NCBI RefSeq assembly: GCF_006345805.1
Contig: NC_042997.1
Coordinates: 67,766,001-67,830,000 of the forward strand
Origin: Octopus sinensis
Taxonomy: Eukaryota
Direction: 5' to 3'
Length of the DNA stretch: 64,000 bases
The position numbers were made by a program, and so were the translations under genes. Position 1 is the stretch's first letter; the number at the start of each line of letters is the position of its first letter. Below, in pieces: positions 11,701 through 25,210 of this stretch. Below the pieces are notes generated by a model. It worked only from the letters and a program-made list of their open reading frames with translations. It was not told where the DNA came from and made no database searches.

Positions 11701-12659
11701 GGCCATCGGAAAATGCTATGAAAAATGACCGTTATACAAAGGGAAATTACAGTGTGATTGACCGTTATTAAGACAAAAGAGCTATTCGAGTGATCGCTAA
11801 GTAAGGGGTAAAAAAGTTCATAGTATTCGCGTAAGCGCGCCTGTTCATACCTACACATGTGCGCCCGCATATCCACGTGCGTGTGCCTAAGAGTATACAT
11901 TTCTCCACCCTTACTTGAAAACGTACACATCCTCACTCTCATCTTTCGCCAAATATATATGTATATACATACAAACCCACATTTACGCACGCGCACCCTA
12001 AAGGTTCATACACACGTCTATATACGCACAAGCACAAGAAAAAAACAGGGTTATGGGTAACAATACAGAAAAAAGGCACAAGAGAGTATACAAAGAGTAA
12101 ACCACGTCAATATACGCACATACCCTTATGCACGCACACACACACACGCCTATATATGCACATACCCGCACACGTCTATATACGCACACACACACGCACG
12201 CACAAAAAGGATCATACATACATCTATATGCACACATACATAAGAAAAACAGGTCTAAGGGCAAAAATATAGTAAAAAGTGTAAAAACACTGGGTAAAAT
12301 ACGTCTATATCCGCACGTACTCGCTTGCATGCACACACGCACACATCTATATACGCACATACCCGTGCACACGCACACATTCACACGCGCACAAAAGATT
12401 CCATATACACGTCCATATACGCACAGGGAAAAATGCGGGGTGGAAGGTAGAATACAGAAAAATTGTGTGTAAAAATATATAAGCATTAAACCTATAAATC
12501 AATATCTCTATAAATATGTAAGAAATATATGTATAAAAAATATAAATAAAACAAGAAAATATGTAAGAAATATAAGTAAAAGGTATAAAGAGATAAAAAG
12601 CTTGTGCGTGAACCTATATTGTGTCCACGCACAAGCTTTTTATCTCTTTATACCGTGAT

Positions 12660-13560
12660 ACTTTGGTGGATGGAATTAGTTACTGTCGTAGCTTAGTCTG
12701 AGGAGTAGGCCTAGTTCCCCTGTGCTGATCTTACAGAAATCTACTTTACTCTCACAGATTACCTGAATTCCTTTCTCCACAGTAAAATCTATGTCTATAA
12801 ATTGGTAGAGTGAAATCACATCCATACTACCCACTACACAACTTGTGAGGTCGTTGGAGTGGTTGCAAGTACTGATTTTACTGAAGAGATCTTCCGTGCT
12901 CGCGCAGACATCTGGAGACATCTCTATGAGAGGTCGTAATAACTGTGAGAGGAAGTAGCACAGTCTATAGTTGCTGGAGATATTCGCTCCGCAAACTGGT
13001 CTGGTTGGGGGTTCCATGACAGGGTTTATGTAGGTTTTGTGGTCTTTGCGTAACCCGTATAATGTAGGAACATCATTGTTGGATGCTTGGAAATTGTGTG
13101 GAGTTCTTTTCATAGGTTGGAGTATGTTGCATCACATTTCCATGTGTGCATTGAGTTTTTCCACTCTTTCATGTTCCTGTGGTGCAACTTCTCTCATGCT
13201 ACTGATGTGTTGTTGCATGGTCTGGATATAGTTCTGTGGGCTGTCTATTGACAATCTGCCAGGCTTGTCCGTAGGGAGGCACACTAATTCTATGTTCCTT
13301 ATTCGCTGTTTCAGTTTTTGTAGACCTTTGTCAAGAGATGAACTGAGTTGGTGGGTCCCCTCCTCACTATGTTTTTTAGTGGATTTCTTGTATCGGTCTA
13401 AGATATGTTGGAGTATATTTCTAGCTAAGGAGATCTTTGCTTCTGTTTCGTTGTGAATTTGGAGTGGGATACATACCATTTCATTAAAGGGTACGTCTGT
13501 GGGGTAGATCATCGTCATGTCATAAGATTTGTTGTTAGGGTTATAGAAGACAGAGTGTAG
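12660..13560 (-). pseudogene. Penelope-like reverse transcriptase pseudogene (N-terminal half)
   Basis: GLQKLKQRI...LVCLPTDKPGRLSIDS, PTLYGLRKDHK, PPTRPVCG, STEDLFSKI and VVGSMDVISLY match PLE RT motifs. Frameshift near 13120. Truncated before the YxDD motif and GIY-YIG domain. Confidence 0.85.
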
Positions 13561-13878
13561 AGTGTTGTTATCGTTGTGGTTGTTATAGTTGTTGTTATTG
13601 GTGGTGGTGGTAGTAGTGCTTGTGTTATGCCTATTGTTGTTATTGTTGTGGATGGTGTTGTTGATGTTGATGGTGTTGTTGGTAGAGGTGTGGATTAAAA
13701 AAGTTGCAAGATGCAACGAAAATTTTAGAAAAATAAAAAAGAAATAAGTGGAAATTTTACCGATGAGTGTGTTAAATTATAAGGCACAAAAAGAAAAGGA
13801 CTCTCCCCAGACACAACAAAAAATGCTTCAACACACGAACTCACATAAAGAATCTTGTAAAACAAATCCCAAAGCGAA

Positions 13879-13911
<33 letters not shown>

Positions 13912-14024
13912 AGTGTGTGCGTTTATGCATGTATGTGTTTATGTGTGTGTGGTTGTGTGTATATGGGCTTATGTTGTTCATCGATGTATGTCGGTGAAGG
14001 GTATACTCATACACATACATATAC

Positions 14025-14116
<92 letters not shown>

Positions 14117-14470
14117 CGAATGTGTATACCTACATTATTATTTGACATTTTAATTGTTTTAACCCTGCAAAAAGTAGCTGGCAGGTATTAGAAAATAGCT
14201 AGTTTTAATTGGTTTTCTTTCATCAACCCAACATTTTTTATTATTAATATTGATTTCAAATGTCGGCACCAAACCACCAATTTCAAAGGAGGCTGTAAGT
14301 CGATTACATTTACTCCAGTCTTTTTATTTTATTGACTTCCGAATAATAGAAGACAAAGTCAACCCAGAACGTAAAGTCGAAGTGATACATCTAAGCATTG
14401 TTTTGCAATGCAGTAACTATTCTGCCAGTTTGCCATCTTTGTAACCTGTATTAAGATAACATGTCAACAA

Positions 14471-14690
14471 GGCGACGCACTGGCTGAATCATTAGCACTC
14501 CGGGCAAAATGCTTAGCGGCATTTCGCCTGCCTTTACGTTCTGAGTTCAGATTCCTCCATGGTCGACTTTGCTTTTTATCCTTTCGGGGTCGATAAAACA
14601 AATATCAGTTGAGCACTGGGGTCGATGTAATTGACTTAACCCCACCCCCAGAAATTACTGACCTCGTGCCAACATTTGAAATCAATAATA
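14471..14690 (+). mobile_element. SINE family A, full length
   Basis: GGCGACGCACTGGCTGAATC head, GAGTTCAGATTC B-box-like motif, GGTCGACTTTGC...GGGGTCGATAA body. Confidence 0.85.
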
Positions 14691-14824
14691 CATGTCAACT
14701 TTGCCTTTCATCTTTTCGGAGGACAATAAAATAAGTTTCATTTGGGGATAATGTAATTGACTTACACCTCCCCTGAAATTGCTGGCCCTGTGTCAAAATA
14801 TGAAACCAATAATACATATAACTG

Positions 14825-15140
14825 GTACTCCGTCGCTGACGATGATGAGGGTTCCAGTTGACACGATCAATGGAACAGCCTGCTCGTGAAATTAACGTGC
14901 AAATGGCTGAGCATTGCACAGATACGCGTATCCTTCACATAGTTCTTAGGGAGATTCAGCGTGGCACAGAATGTGATAAGGCTGATCTTTTGAAATAGAG
15001 GCATCACTCATTTTTGCCAGCTGAGTGAACAGGAGCAACGTGAAAAATAAAGGGTCTTGCTCAAGGACACAACGCACCGCCGGGAATCGAACTCGCGATC
15101 TTATGTGAGCCGAATACCCTAACTACTAAGCCACGCACCT
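14825..15140 (-). mobile_element. SINE family D (tRNA head plus CORE-like domain)
   Basis: Minus strand: GGTGCGTGGCTTAGTAGTTAGG (A box), GAGTTCGATTCCCGG (B box), TGTGTCCTTGAGCAAGAC (CORE-like). Confidence 0.8.
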
Positions 15141-16198
15141 TGTGTGTGTGTGTGTGTGTGTGTGTGTACAGAAAGTAAATGAAAAGGTTTCACGACAAAA
15201 TCTAAAATAGGAGTTTGTATTTGGTTCATCGATACTTAATTCTTTAAACAAAGCAAATTTAGCTCCAGGTCAGCCTCCAATGGAGCAGACATATGATCAA
15301 AAACGTCCTACCCGTAACCACATCGTCTTTTTATATACATAAGACTATATTAGCGATTGCGTCCTTTAAGACAAGTTGATGGGATTTGAGGGCATTTGGA
15401 TGCTATTTCGCACAAGTCAAGCGATTACATTAAGACCTTTATATTGGTTTCGAAGTCCTTTAAAATGTTGACGGCTATGTTTTATATCCCAGATTTAAGA
15501 CTGAACGTTATGAAGTTTGCAATAGAACAACCATAACAGACGTGGTATATCTGCCTCTACTGAAAAGGGAATAACAATGACGATGGCGACAGCAACAACA
15601 ACAACAACGACGACAGCATTTACAGTTAAACAAATTGCATGTGTTAGTCATAGAAGCTATTTTTCTGTAAAGATAAACTCCTGAGACATGATTTATCTTT
15701 TCTGGCTTCTCACAGTACACATAATGAAAGTAAATATGCTAACATGATTTATCGTTAGCACATTTGCTTATATAACAAATACTGTTAGAGGTCAGAAACT
15801 TGAAAGAGTTAATACCGAAAAAAAAAAAAAACTTAGTCAGGCAATGAAGAATACGTGGAGTGCTGTACTGCTGGAAAATAATATTAATAGCTTGGACGCT
15901 TGCATATAAACCATAAGCTAATAAGAGATAGGCGCACACGAATCGAGACTACAATTTTAGTTTACCTTAGCGAGATATTTAATCACTGAGAGTGCACAAG
16001 CAGTCGGTGCTATGAGTTTTTGTCTCCATGAATTAAACAGCTAGTGAGAATGTATCTCGAATATAGCATATAAAGAATATTTTTACAACACAGGTTACCT
16101 CGCTGGACCTCCTTGTATTTCAGCGAGATATTAATCATTGGGAGTGCACAGGTAGTCGGCGCTATGAGTCTATATCTTTCATCAATTAGTTGTTTTAG

Positions 16199-16562
16199 AC
16201 ATTAGACTGCAGCCATGCTGGAGCACCGCCTTGAGGAATTTTAGTAGAACGAATCGATTCTGGTACTTATTTCTTTTAAAGCCTGGTACTTATTGTATCG
16301 GCTCCTTCGGCCGAACCGCTAAGTTACGGAGACGTAAACACACCAACACCGGTTGTCAAGCGGAGCGGGGGGACATCAACATAGACACACACACACACAC
16401 ATACACAAAAGGTTTTTTTCAGTTTCCGTCTACCAAATTTGCCCACAAAGCTTTGGTCGGTCGGAAGCTATAGTAGAAGCTTGCCCAAAGTGCTACGCAG
16501 TGGGACTGAACCTGGAAGCATGTGATTGGGAAGCAAACTTCTTTGCACACAGCCATGCCTGT
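16199..16562 (-). mobile_element. SINE family B
   Basis: Collinear with 7940-8376. Confidence 0.85.
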
Positions 16563-16716
16563 CATTAGATTGTTGGGTTGTATATAAATAGATCAGGAAC
16601 GAACAGAGGCAAAAAGTGAATTTTCGAAATCTATCTCGGAGAAACAACTGTATATATATATATACATACATACATATATGTATATTTTTGTGTGTGTATA
16701 TATATATATATATATA

Positions 16717-16839
16717 AGTTATCGCCATACTAATATGGCATTCTTATAAAAATAAGAATAAAGCTGTCCGCTTATTAGCTCCATGAGGACAGCTTTATTC
16801 TTATTTTTATAAGAATGCCATATTAGTATGGCGATAACT
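16717..16839. repeat. Perfect inverted repeat, 53-bp arms and 17-nt loop
   Basis: 16717-16769 is the exact reverse complement of 16787-16839. Confidence 0.95.
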
Positions 16840-17444
16840 AATATTTTCCGGGAACGCTGCCGTTGTTCTCTTTTAGAGAGACTTAGTAATTTTAATATTT
16901 CTATTATATATATATATATATATAATATATATAATATATATATATAATATATATATATAATATATATATATTTATATGTCTATACACATATGCACACACA
17001 CATACATAGATACACACACACATACGTACGGAAGGCAGATTTCCGCGCAGTTCTACCTACTAAATTCCACTCACGACTCATGAAGTATTGTTAAATCCGG
17101 TGCTGCTCATTGGAGCCAAACCCAAGGTTGAGAGGCGTACATTTTAACCTGGCAGCCAAATGCATTTACCATATTAATTGTTTAACACCACAGAAAATAG
17201 TTGCCAGTCATTCGAAAATAACTTTCATTTGTTTTCTTTCATCAGCTCAAAACTTTATACTAATTAGTTGACGGTAGATAAAAGTTAGATTGATTACAAG
17301 TTGTAGGCATTTCAATTGCTTTCAATGAATGGTGACACGACAGTCTTGGCTGACACGTTGACAATTCGTTAGATAATTAGAATTGTAATTGTGAGTCGGA
17401 CAGGGGTTAACAAAATTCTTGAACTTTTCACAAATTCTCATTAG

Positions 17445-17563
17445 TAATCTGCAACAGCAACAACAACAGCAAACAATAGCAACTGCAACAACAGCAGCAA
17501 CAGCAGCAACAGCAGGAACGACATCAACGACACCAGCAGTAGTAGCAGTAGCAACATAAACAG

Positions 17564-17598
<35 letters not shown>

Positions 17599-17650
17599 CC
17601 ACCACCACCACCACCACCATACCAAGAACAACAACAACAACAACAACTGA
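17445..17650. repeat. Compound (CAA/CAG/CAC/TAG)n trinucleotide tract
   Basis: Direct reading. Confidence 0.9.
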
Positions 17651-18034
17651 TGTATCCTCTACGTGGTCTTTCGAACTGCTAGAAACAGCAAACAAATTTT
17701 CCTAAATATCATACCCAAGTGACCCTAGTATCTTAGAATAGGAAGAATATTTTGGGTAATGTAGTATTACATAAACGATGACGTAAAAATGAAGAATAGA
17801 GGCTTCCAACTAGCATAGCTTGACCTGGGTCTAACTTGGGGCTAAATACCAAAATATTTTTAGAATCCTCCTCTTATCATCACCACCACCGTCACCACCA
17901 TCGTCATCACCACCACTACTCCCATCACCACCATGGTCATCATAATCATCAACACCACTACCACATTACTAAGTTACGGGATGTAAACAAACCAACGCCG
18001 GTTGTTAAGTGGCGGTGGGGGACGCACAGATATA

Positions 18035-19115
18035 TTGGGTCATCCCATAAATAATACAGTTTTTTAATACTTCTTTTATTTTTCAGAATTTAATCTAAAA
18101 TATACTCTCCTTCATTTTCGATAATGCTCTTCCATCTCTCTGGTAGATTTGCAAGGCCCCTCTTCCAAAATTCACTTGTCTGTGACAAAAAATACTCCTC
18201 TAATACTGTTCTGACCTCGTCTACAGAATTCATATTTTTTCCGTCCAAATGATTTTCAAGACTGTGGAATAAATGATAATCAGATGGAGCAATGTCCGGT
18301 GAATATGGTGGGTGGGGCATCGTTTCCCATTCAAACTGCTCCAGCCTTTGGAATGTCATCCTCGCTGTGTGTGGCCGAGCATTATCCTGATGGAAGAACA
18401 CCTTTCATCTTGAAACCAAGATGGTCTTTTTCTTCTAGCGCTGACTTAAGTCGCTTAACACCTTACGTGGGTGAAGATCTTTAGCCTGGGATTCCGATGT
18501 TTCTCCTTTCCCTACACACTGTCTTCGGCGCTTGACATTTTTATAGAGAACCCATTTCTCGTCATCAGTTACTATTCGGTCCAAAAAGAGATTCATTCGT
18601 GAGACGTGACAGCAAAGAAGAGCACACATTCACTCCCTGCACGCGATTTGCTGACTTTTCCGATAGCACGCAGGTGTCATTGAATAGTTGAATGACCAAA
18701 TCCAAGCTTCTCTGCGAGTTCCTCAATAGTTACGATGGGATTTTGTTTCACCAGAGTTTGCCGGACGTCCTCGTGGAGCTCTACAGATTTTCCAGGAAGA
18801 GGCTCGTCTTCTAGGTTGTAGTTTCTGGATCGGAATTTCTGGAACCACCGTTGACACCGGCTTACACTTTCCGTTGCGTTTTTGCCTTTATTGAACTCAT
18901 AAAGCAAAATATGCCGAATATGCTCCTGTGTCACCTCCATTATCACTTTGAAACAATAACTGTTAAAATCGAACTGCACTCTTCAAAACTTGCACCAAGA
19001 ATAAATACAAGGTAAAATTACAACCTGCTTTTATAGCAAGTTGATACAAGTAGTTTATCCCGTCCCTCTCCGACTTTTAGTTCATGCAATTGAAAAAACC
19101 GCATTATTTATGGGA
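18035..19115 (-). mobile_element. Mariner element (DD34D) with internal deletion and frameshifts
   Basis: Left TIR TTGGGTCATCCCATAAATAAT follows TA; partial right TIR ATTATTTATGGGA. Transposase pieces RIVTDDEKW, HQDNARPH, HPPYSPDIAPSDY with D(34)D spacing. Segment between LHPRKVL and the second Asp partly deleted. Confidence 0.92.
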
Positions 19116-19300
19116 AAATAGCTAACGTTTTTTGGCTGCTATTTCTAAACTTCGGTATGTGGTAAAGCAAATCTTTGCTGAACCCTAATTATTAAGTATT
19201 ACTTAAGTTTACCGTGAAATGGTCCTTTTTTCATGCCGAATTCTACTTGGTGAAATTATTGATTACTTCTTAATTAATTAATTTTACCCTTTTTTATTAT

Positions 19301-19372
<72 letters not shown>

Positions 19373-19392
19373 GTATGTATGTATACACACAC

Positions 19393-19542
19393 ACGATGAG
19401 CTTCTTTCAGCTTCCGTCTATCAAATTCACTGACAAGGATTTGGTTGGCTCGGGGTTATAGTAGTAGACACTTGCCCATGGTACCACACAGTGGAACCCC
19501 GCTGTTGGGAAGCGAACGTCTTACCACACACCTACGCCTGCA
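19393..19542 (-). mobile_element. SINE family B 5' half
   Basis: GCTTCTTTCAGCTTCCGTCT...CACTTGCCCATGGTACCAC matches family B. Confidence 0.75.
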
Positions 19543-19627
19543 TCTCTATAATAAGAAAAACAAACACGGAAACGTATAATAGATAATGCAGTCTGAAGTT
19601 GAAAAAAGGGGACGGTCATGGGCTGAC

Positions 19628-19915
19628 CTGGTCTTGCATCACCACCACAACCAGCACTACCAACACCACCACCAACGTCCCCAACACCACCACTACTATC
19701 ACCATAATGATTATCACAATCAGCAGCATCACCTTCGCGACCCTCACTACCACCATTACCACCATCACCATTATCATCACCAACATCACCACGCCCACCA
19801 AGCCGATCAAGAAACCACGTCAGCATAACTTCAACCATCGCCGCTATCAAAATCATCATCACGACCATCATCACCACGACGACGATTACGACGACGACCA
19901 CCACCACCAATAACA
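19628..19915. repeat. Degenerate (CAC/CAT)n tract
   Basis: Direct reading. It is the source of the His/Thr/Val-rich ORFs at 19521-20258. Confidence 0.9.
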
Positions 19916-20939
19916 ACAGCAAGTCTGTCAATGTTGCTATTTCCAGCTGGTGGAGTCGAGATTGAAAGGCTAACTTCCTACTAAATAAAGTTGGAAATAT
20001 GTTGATATTGAATTTCTGACAGAAGTAAAGTCTCATATAACAGAAAATGAGTTTAAATATTGCAAAGATGAAGTTCTGCGGGGAGAAGAAGTGAACGAAG
20101 TTATTAGTCTCAGGTTTCAAGAGTAGAAAGAGAAAAAGATAGCAATAGATCAAATTTAGACAAGTAGTAGCTGTTGTAGATGTAAAGTGACAGGAGGAGA
20201 TAGAGCGAAAAAAGATGAGCAAGTAGGATATTGATGTTAGTATACGTTCGCGTATCAAGTGGATGAAATTTTGTTTGGAGGTATTTTATAATAAGTTAGC
20301 ACATATGAAAGTGAGAGGGAGAGATAGCTAGATAGCTAGATAGATAGAGAGATAGAGATAGAGAGAGAGAGAGAGAGAGAGCGAGAGAAAGAGAGAGAGA
20401 GAGAGAGAGAGCTTGTTTGAGTCACCAACCTAAAATTAGGAGATATGTTCCGGTATGGGATCTTTATTTGTGTGGGATCTTCCCTTTGAGATAAGCTTAG
20501 ATTTTGTCATTAAATTAAAACCCCAGCCTTTCTAATACAACTTTGTTACGTGATGCAGTGTTGGTGAGGTCACCATGAGAACAAAATGTCTTACGTCTAT
20601 ATAAAAAAGTAATGTTCGCCTAAAAGAGTTGGTGCGAGTATTGAAGAGGAAGATTAAATCTAACAAGCGTGAGTCCGCGAACCGATTTCGATTCTCAGTT
20701 GAATTCACTTTACTTATTCTACCAATGAACAAATAAAAAGTGCGGACATCATAATATGGTGATGGTGGCGGTGATGATCATGATGGTGGTGGTGGTTATT
20801 TTGAAGATGAGGATGATGAGGAGAATGAGGTGAAGGAGGGGGATTTTCAAAATTTTATTGACCCAAGTCAACCCATTCTGGTTGGGAGCATCATTCTCCT
20901 CTTCTGTCTACTGTCACCCCAACTAAAATGTCACCCGGG

Positions 20940-21030
20940 ATTAGATGTGGAACAGCGCGTCACAGGGAATTGAACTCATGAGCTTACGATTGTGAGCCGA
21001 AACTCTAACCACTAAACCACGGGTCTTCAC
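20940..21030 (-). mobile_element. SINE family D head fragment
   Basis: GGGAATTGAACTC...CTCTAACCACTAAACCAC is the reverse complement of a tRNA-like head. Confidence 0.6.
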
Positions 21031-21509
21031 TTTTGTCAAATGTAATGCTTATTTATTTCCACTGTTTTGAATTGATCATGCGCTGATAGCTTTGAGATTT
21101 CGATGATGTGATTATTTTAAAAATGATATTGTAGGGTAGGTGTGGGAGGCCAAATCTAGCTGATTTGAGACGAAACAGGTAGAACATTTAGCCGGATATG
21201 ACAGATTTAAACAATAAAGGGTTCATTACTATTCTGACTCGAGCCTGTTCCATCTATAAGTTAAAAAGATTTTTGTCATGAGTTCAGTTCCCGGTGACGC
21301 GCTGTGTCTCACATCTAATCTTAGCAGCGGTGAAAGTTATCAATCTAGGAGAGAGAAAACTCCTAAGTAAATACTCTCCTCCAAGATTCCCTGAGCCTGA
21401 ATGGTTAAATATGGACGATGAAACTAACTTGAGGTATGTCCAATAACATAGATTCATATTATGGAGGCAACTATCTCATGTTAGATAGTAAAGAATGATA
21501 ATAAAATGT

Positions 21510-24500
21510 ACAAGAGAGGTCGGCAAAATAGAGAGCGAGGCAAGCTTGTACTGAAATACAATAAAAGTTTATAAGATTGGAGAGGCAATGAGTGGCCTCA
21601 TTGACATACATTTGAGAAGCGATCTGTTTGGGAACTGTGATCGATTTAAGTTTATGGAGACAGTTCTAGTATTTACTGTAAAACGTTAAAAAGACATGGT
21701 GAAGTAGGCAGTAAACTAGAAATATTGAATAGATGTGTAAACGATATCAGGTTAACATTGAACCGCAATGGTAATAAATAATAGAGTCACTGATAAAATA
21801 ATCTCTTTGATTAATGATTGTCTTTCTTTGAATGGAGAAAAGTATTTACGTGCTTTCAACATAGATTTTATGTCTTTGTTTAAATTGTTATAAAATGCTA
21901 AAGTAAGTAACATTTCTAATTCGGGATACAGTATTTAAACTATATTTCTGTGATGTTATGCAATAGACATGCATATAAAATCTCTCCCCCCTCTCTCTCT
22001 ATCTATCTCGTCAAGAGTGTTTTCATAGTCTAAATTCATGGAATCAGTGAAGGTTTGGCGTGCAGGTTATTGGTTGCAATGTGGCTGACGCTTGGTTGAG
22101 GAATATTAGAGAAGAAAAACGAAGAGTGATATCCCGACTGAGTGTTTCTTTGATGCAACAATAAATAGGCCATTGGCGTATAGGAGGAAGAATGTAGGAG
22201 ACAACCGAAACGTGGGATACACAAGAATATACAGAATGTGGGACAGAGGAACTATTAGCACATGTTGCTATAGTGCAATCTAATACGAAGGTACCAATCT
22301 AAAAGTTGAGAGATGGTTGGAGCCCACATGCAGGCAGCCTTGACTGAAGATTCGCATGCTAATCACAACCGAGGACAGACAATATTGCTTTGTCCAACTT
22401 TCTGTAGGGCAACTGATACCATTTGTAAGTAACACAGAAGAATAGGTCTCCAGTGGAGCTAGCTTTACAGAAGCTGTACTGGTCATCATTAAAAGAATGA
22501 GAAAAATTCAAGGGAATGGTGAAATCGTTGCTAATAGTTATCTCCATCAGCTTACAGATATTGGATGTAAGTGCGATTAGACGATAGTTGGTTGGATTAT
22601 TGTGGTTGCTTTTCCTGGAAATGGAACACATTATGAGTTTCCAAACACAGAAATATATCCCGGTAGAGGAGAGATTGAAGAGCTTAGTAAGTATAGCTAT
22701 GGGAGTATTATATGAGGGTAATGGAAGGTACATTATTAGGGCTGGTGGCTTCGTTATTTGATGCAACCAGAGGTACATCCGCACTTAAAGTATATATGTG
22801 CAAGATGAAGAATTTGGTGAAGTGGAAAGGGAAATATTTAAAGGATATTTACTAAGTTTTTGCAGTGCAGAGTTGGACGTAAAACGGACAGCGATGATTG
22901 AAGTTTTCTCTGAGAAATCATAATGACTGAAAAGTGGAGAAAAGTAGATTGTGTAAAGCTTGAGGGCTCCCTAACGCAAGAAGTATCCTTTCATAGTTAG
23001 ATTAATCATTGTGCAAGAGTTCTGATACTGGATAAACGCTGCTCAGATTTTGTGGGTGGGTGAATTTCTTCAAGGGTTGCAGGCCTTGTTTCTACTTGAA
23101 CTGCGACAACGCAGTTGTAAACGGACCATTTTTTAGGACTCGAGGCACTGAATTTTGGTTGTGTAGAATACAGGGTGCCATGTATAAGTGGATAGTTTCA
23201 GTTACAGGCGTAACTGCCTCTGATAGGTCGGGAGTGAAGCACGTGTGCTGCCAGGGTTAATTAGCATGAAACTGGTGGAATTTCAGAGTTAGTTAAAGTG
23301 AAGAGCCAAAAGGAGGAGTTGTGTAGTTCACGAATGAGTGTTGGGTAGTCGCAATAAAGCAGTAATCAGACAACTCGATATATTCAGAGAGAGTTATAGT
23401 CTGGTAGAGTGTGGATTTAGAGGTGAAAAAGAGTGTTCGGAGTGTGTATGTTGGTCAACAATGTGTGTAGAGAATAAAACAAGCTGATGTAGAGAGTTGA
23501 GGATCACAAAATATTCCGTTTCTGCACCGGCGACATCAACACAGGATGACTTTGAGAGTCGCGAGAGTTGTGAGCATTGAATCACCAAGGATGATAACTT
23601 AAGAAATTGAGAGAGGGGTGAGTGAAATGCATGTCAGTGCGCAGAAGATATATTTGCAGAATTGTTGATAGTTGGGGGAGTTCAGAGGTTGGCAGAGGGA
23701 AGTGAGGGAGAGATTTTGACCAGAATAACTGGACGGTTTTGTTACTATAATGTCATTAAGAATGAAATGTTCGATTTTCTTACGCACCAAGTTTGACAGT
23801 CGTTAACTCTAATGTTTTATCCTGACAATTCTTTGTTTTACAACATTGAAGAGTTACATCACCACTTTTCGAAATGCAATTCATGGTGTCTGATTATATT
23901 TTTGTGAACCCATGGATAGATAAAGAATTCGTGCTGTTTATGAATACGAATTTCGTCATGGAACCAATGCATCCTAAACAGCTCGAAACATCAATGAGGT
24001 GTTTGGTGAAGATGTGGCGAATGAGCGCACTGTATGACGATGGTCTGAGAAGTTCCGGTCTGGTGACTTTACTCGCGAAAATCAGCCTCGTGGTAGACCT
24101 GAGACCAAGTTGGATAATGATGAGCTGGAAACTGTAGTGGAAGCAGATACATCTCAAATTACGTGTAAGTTAGCAGCAAGGTTTGATGTTTCGATTCCAA
24201 CTGTACTGGACTATCTGAAACAAATCGGCAAGGTAAAGAAGCTAGACAAGTGAGTACCGCATGAGCTGAACGAGCATCAAATGATACGTCGTCTTGAAAC
24301 TTGTTGTTCTTTGTTGTCACGGCATAAAAGCGAACCATTTTTGCATCGTATTGTTACGTGTGATGAAAAATGGATTCTTTTCAACAATAGCAAGCGCTCT
24401 GCACGGTGGTTGGATAGAGACGAAGTGCTAAAACATAACTAAAAAAAGGATATTCACTAAAAAAAGCTAATGGTGTCTGTTTGGTGGTCCAGCGCTGGTG

Positions 24501-25210
24501 TTATCCACTACAGCTTCATGAGACCTGGTAATACAATTACAGCGTATGTATATATCAACCAACTGGATGAAATGATAAGTGAACTTGCAATTAAACAACC
24601 AAGAATGGTCAATAGAGACAGGCCAATTCTCTTGCAAGACAATGCTTGACCACATATTGCACAAATAACGCTACTCAAGTTACAGGAACTGAACTTGGAA
24701 GTACTCTGTTGTTCATCATATTCACCAGACCTTGTACCAACTGACTATCACGTTTTCCAGGCATTAGACAAATTTTTGCAAGGAAAAACTTCAAATCTGA
24801 AGAAGATACAAAAACAGCCTTTCATGATTTCATCACCTCATGGTCTTTGCTGCCGGCATAAATAAACTACCAGTAAAATGGTAAAATTGTGTTGATAACT
24901 TAGGTGCATACTTTGATTAATTGCATCGGTTTTGTTGAGATAAAGAAAAATAAACTTTCAGTTCAAAATCGAACGTTTTATTCTTAATGACCTAGTATTT
25001 TCTAGGTGCTAGGGAGGAGTGGAATTTTAAAATGCGCAGATTCTACTTTCTGGAATGAAATTTGAGTTGGGAATATAGCCAAGATAGCAAAGATGATCTA
25101 CAGGTACGGTTTTAGAAATTTGTGCCTCGGAGAAGAATAGGATATAGAGTTTTTGTGCTAACAAGATGTAGAGGTTCTAGATTGGAGCAAAACCCACGGG
25201 TGTTAGATTA
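21510..25210 (-). mobile_element. CR1/L2-group LINE ORF2 fossil, split by a mariner insertion
   Basis: Minus strand: NTRGFCSNL (EN start, ~25175-25205), VIILGD at ~23582-23600, KLFNLS..GI...WK...NPTNYRLIALTSNICKLME and QYSFCKASSTGDL (RT, 22359-22700), degenerate C-terminus to ~21510. Confidence 0.8.
23745..24995 (+). mobile_element. Near full-length mariner (Hsmar1/cecropia-like) with dead transposase
   Basis: TIRs GTCATTAAGAATGAAATGTTCGATTT / AAATCGAACGTTTTATTCTTAATGAC with TA flanks. Transposase from 23912: YEYEFRHGTNA, *VPHEL, RIVTCDEKW, LQDNA*PH, YSPDLVPTDY, with several stops. Confidence 0.92.

Larger units (their letters stand above)
11536..13878 (-). mobile_element. Truncated/rearranged Penelope-like element bounded by (TA)n tracts
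   Basis: PLE-type RT N-terminal motifs at 12660-13560, a fold-back at 12582-12654, an A-rich and degenerate-microsatellite UTR, and a hammerhead-like motif at 11639-11700. Confidence 0.75.

Noticed and set aside
23912-24930. Domesticated SETMAR-like host gene
   Set aside because: Many stops and frameshifts, flanking TIRs present, no SET domain.
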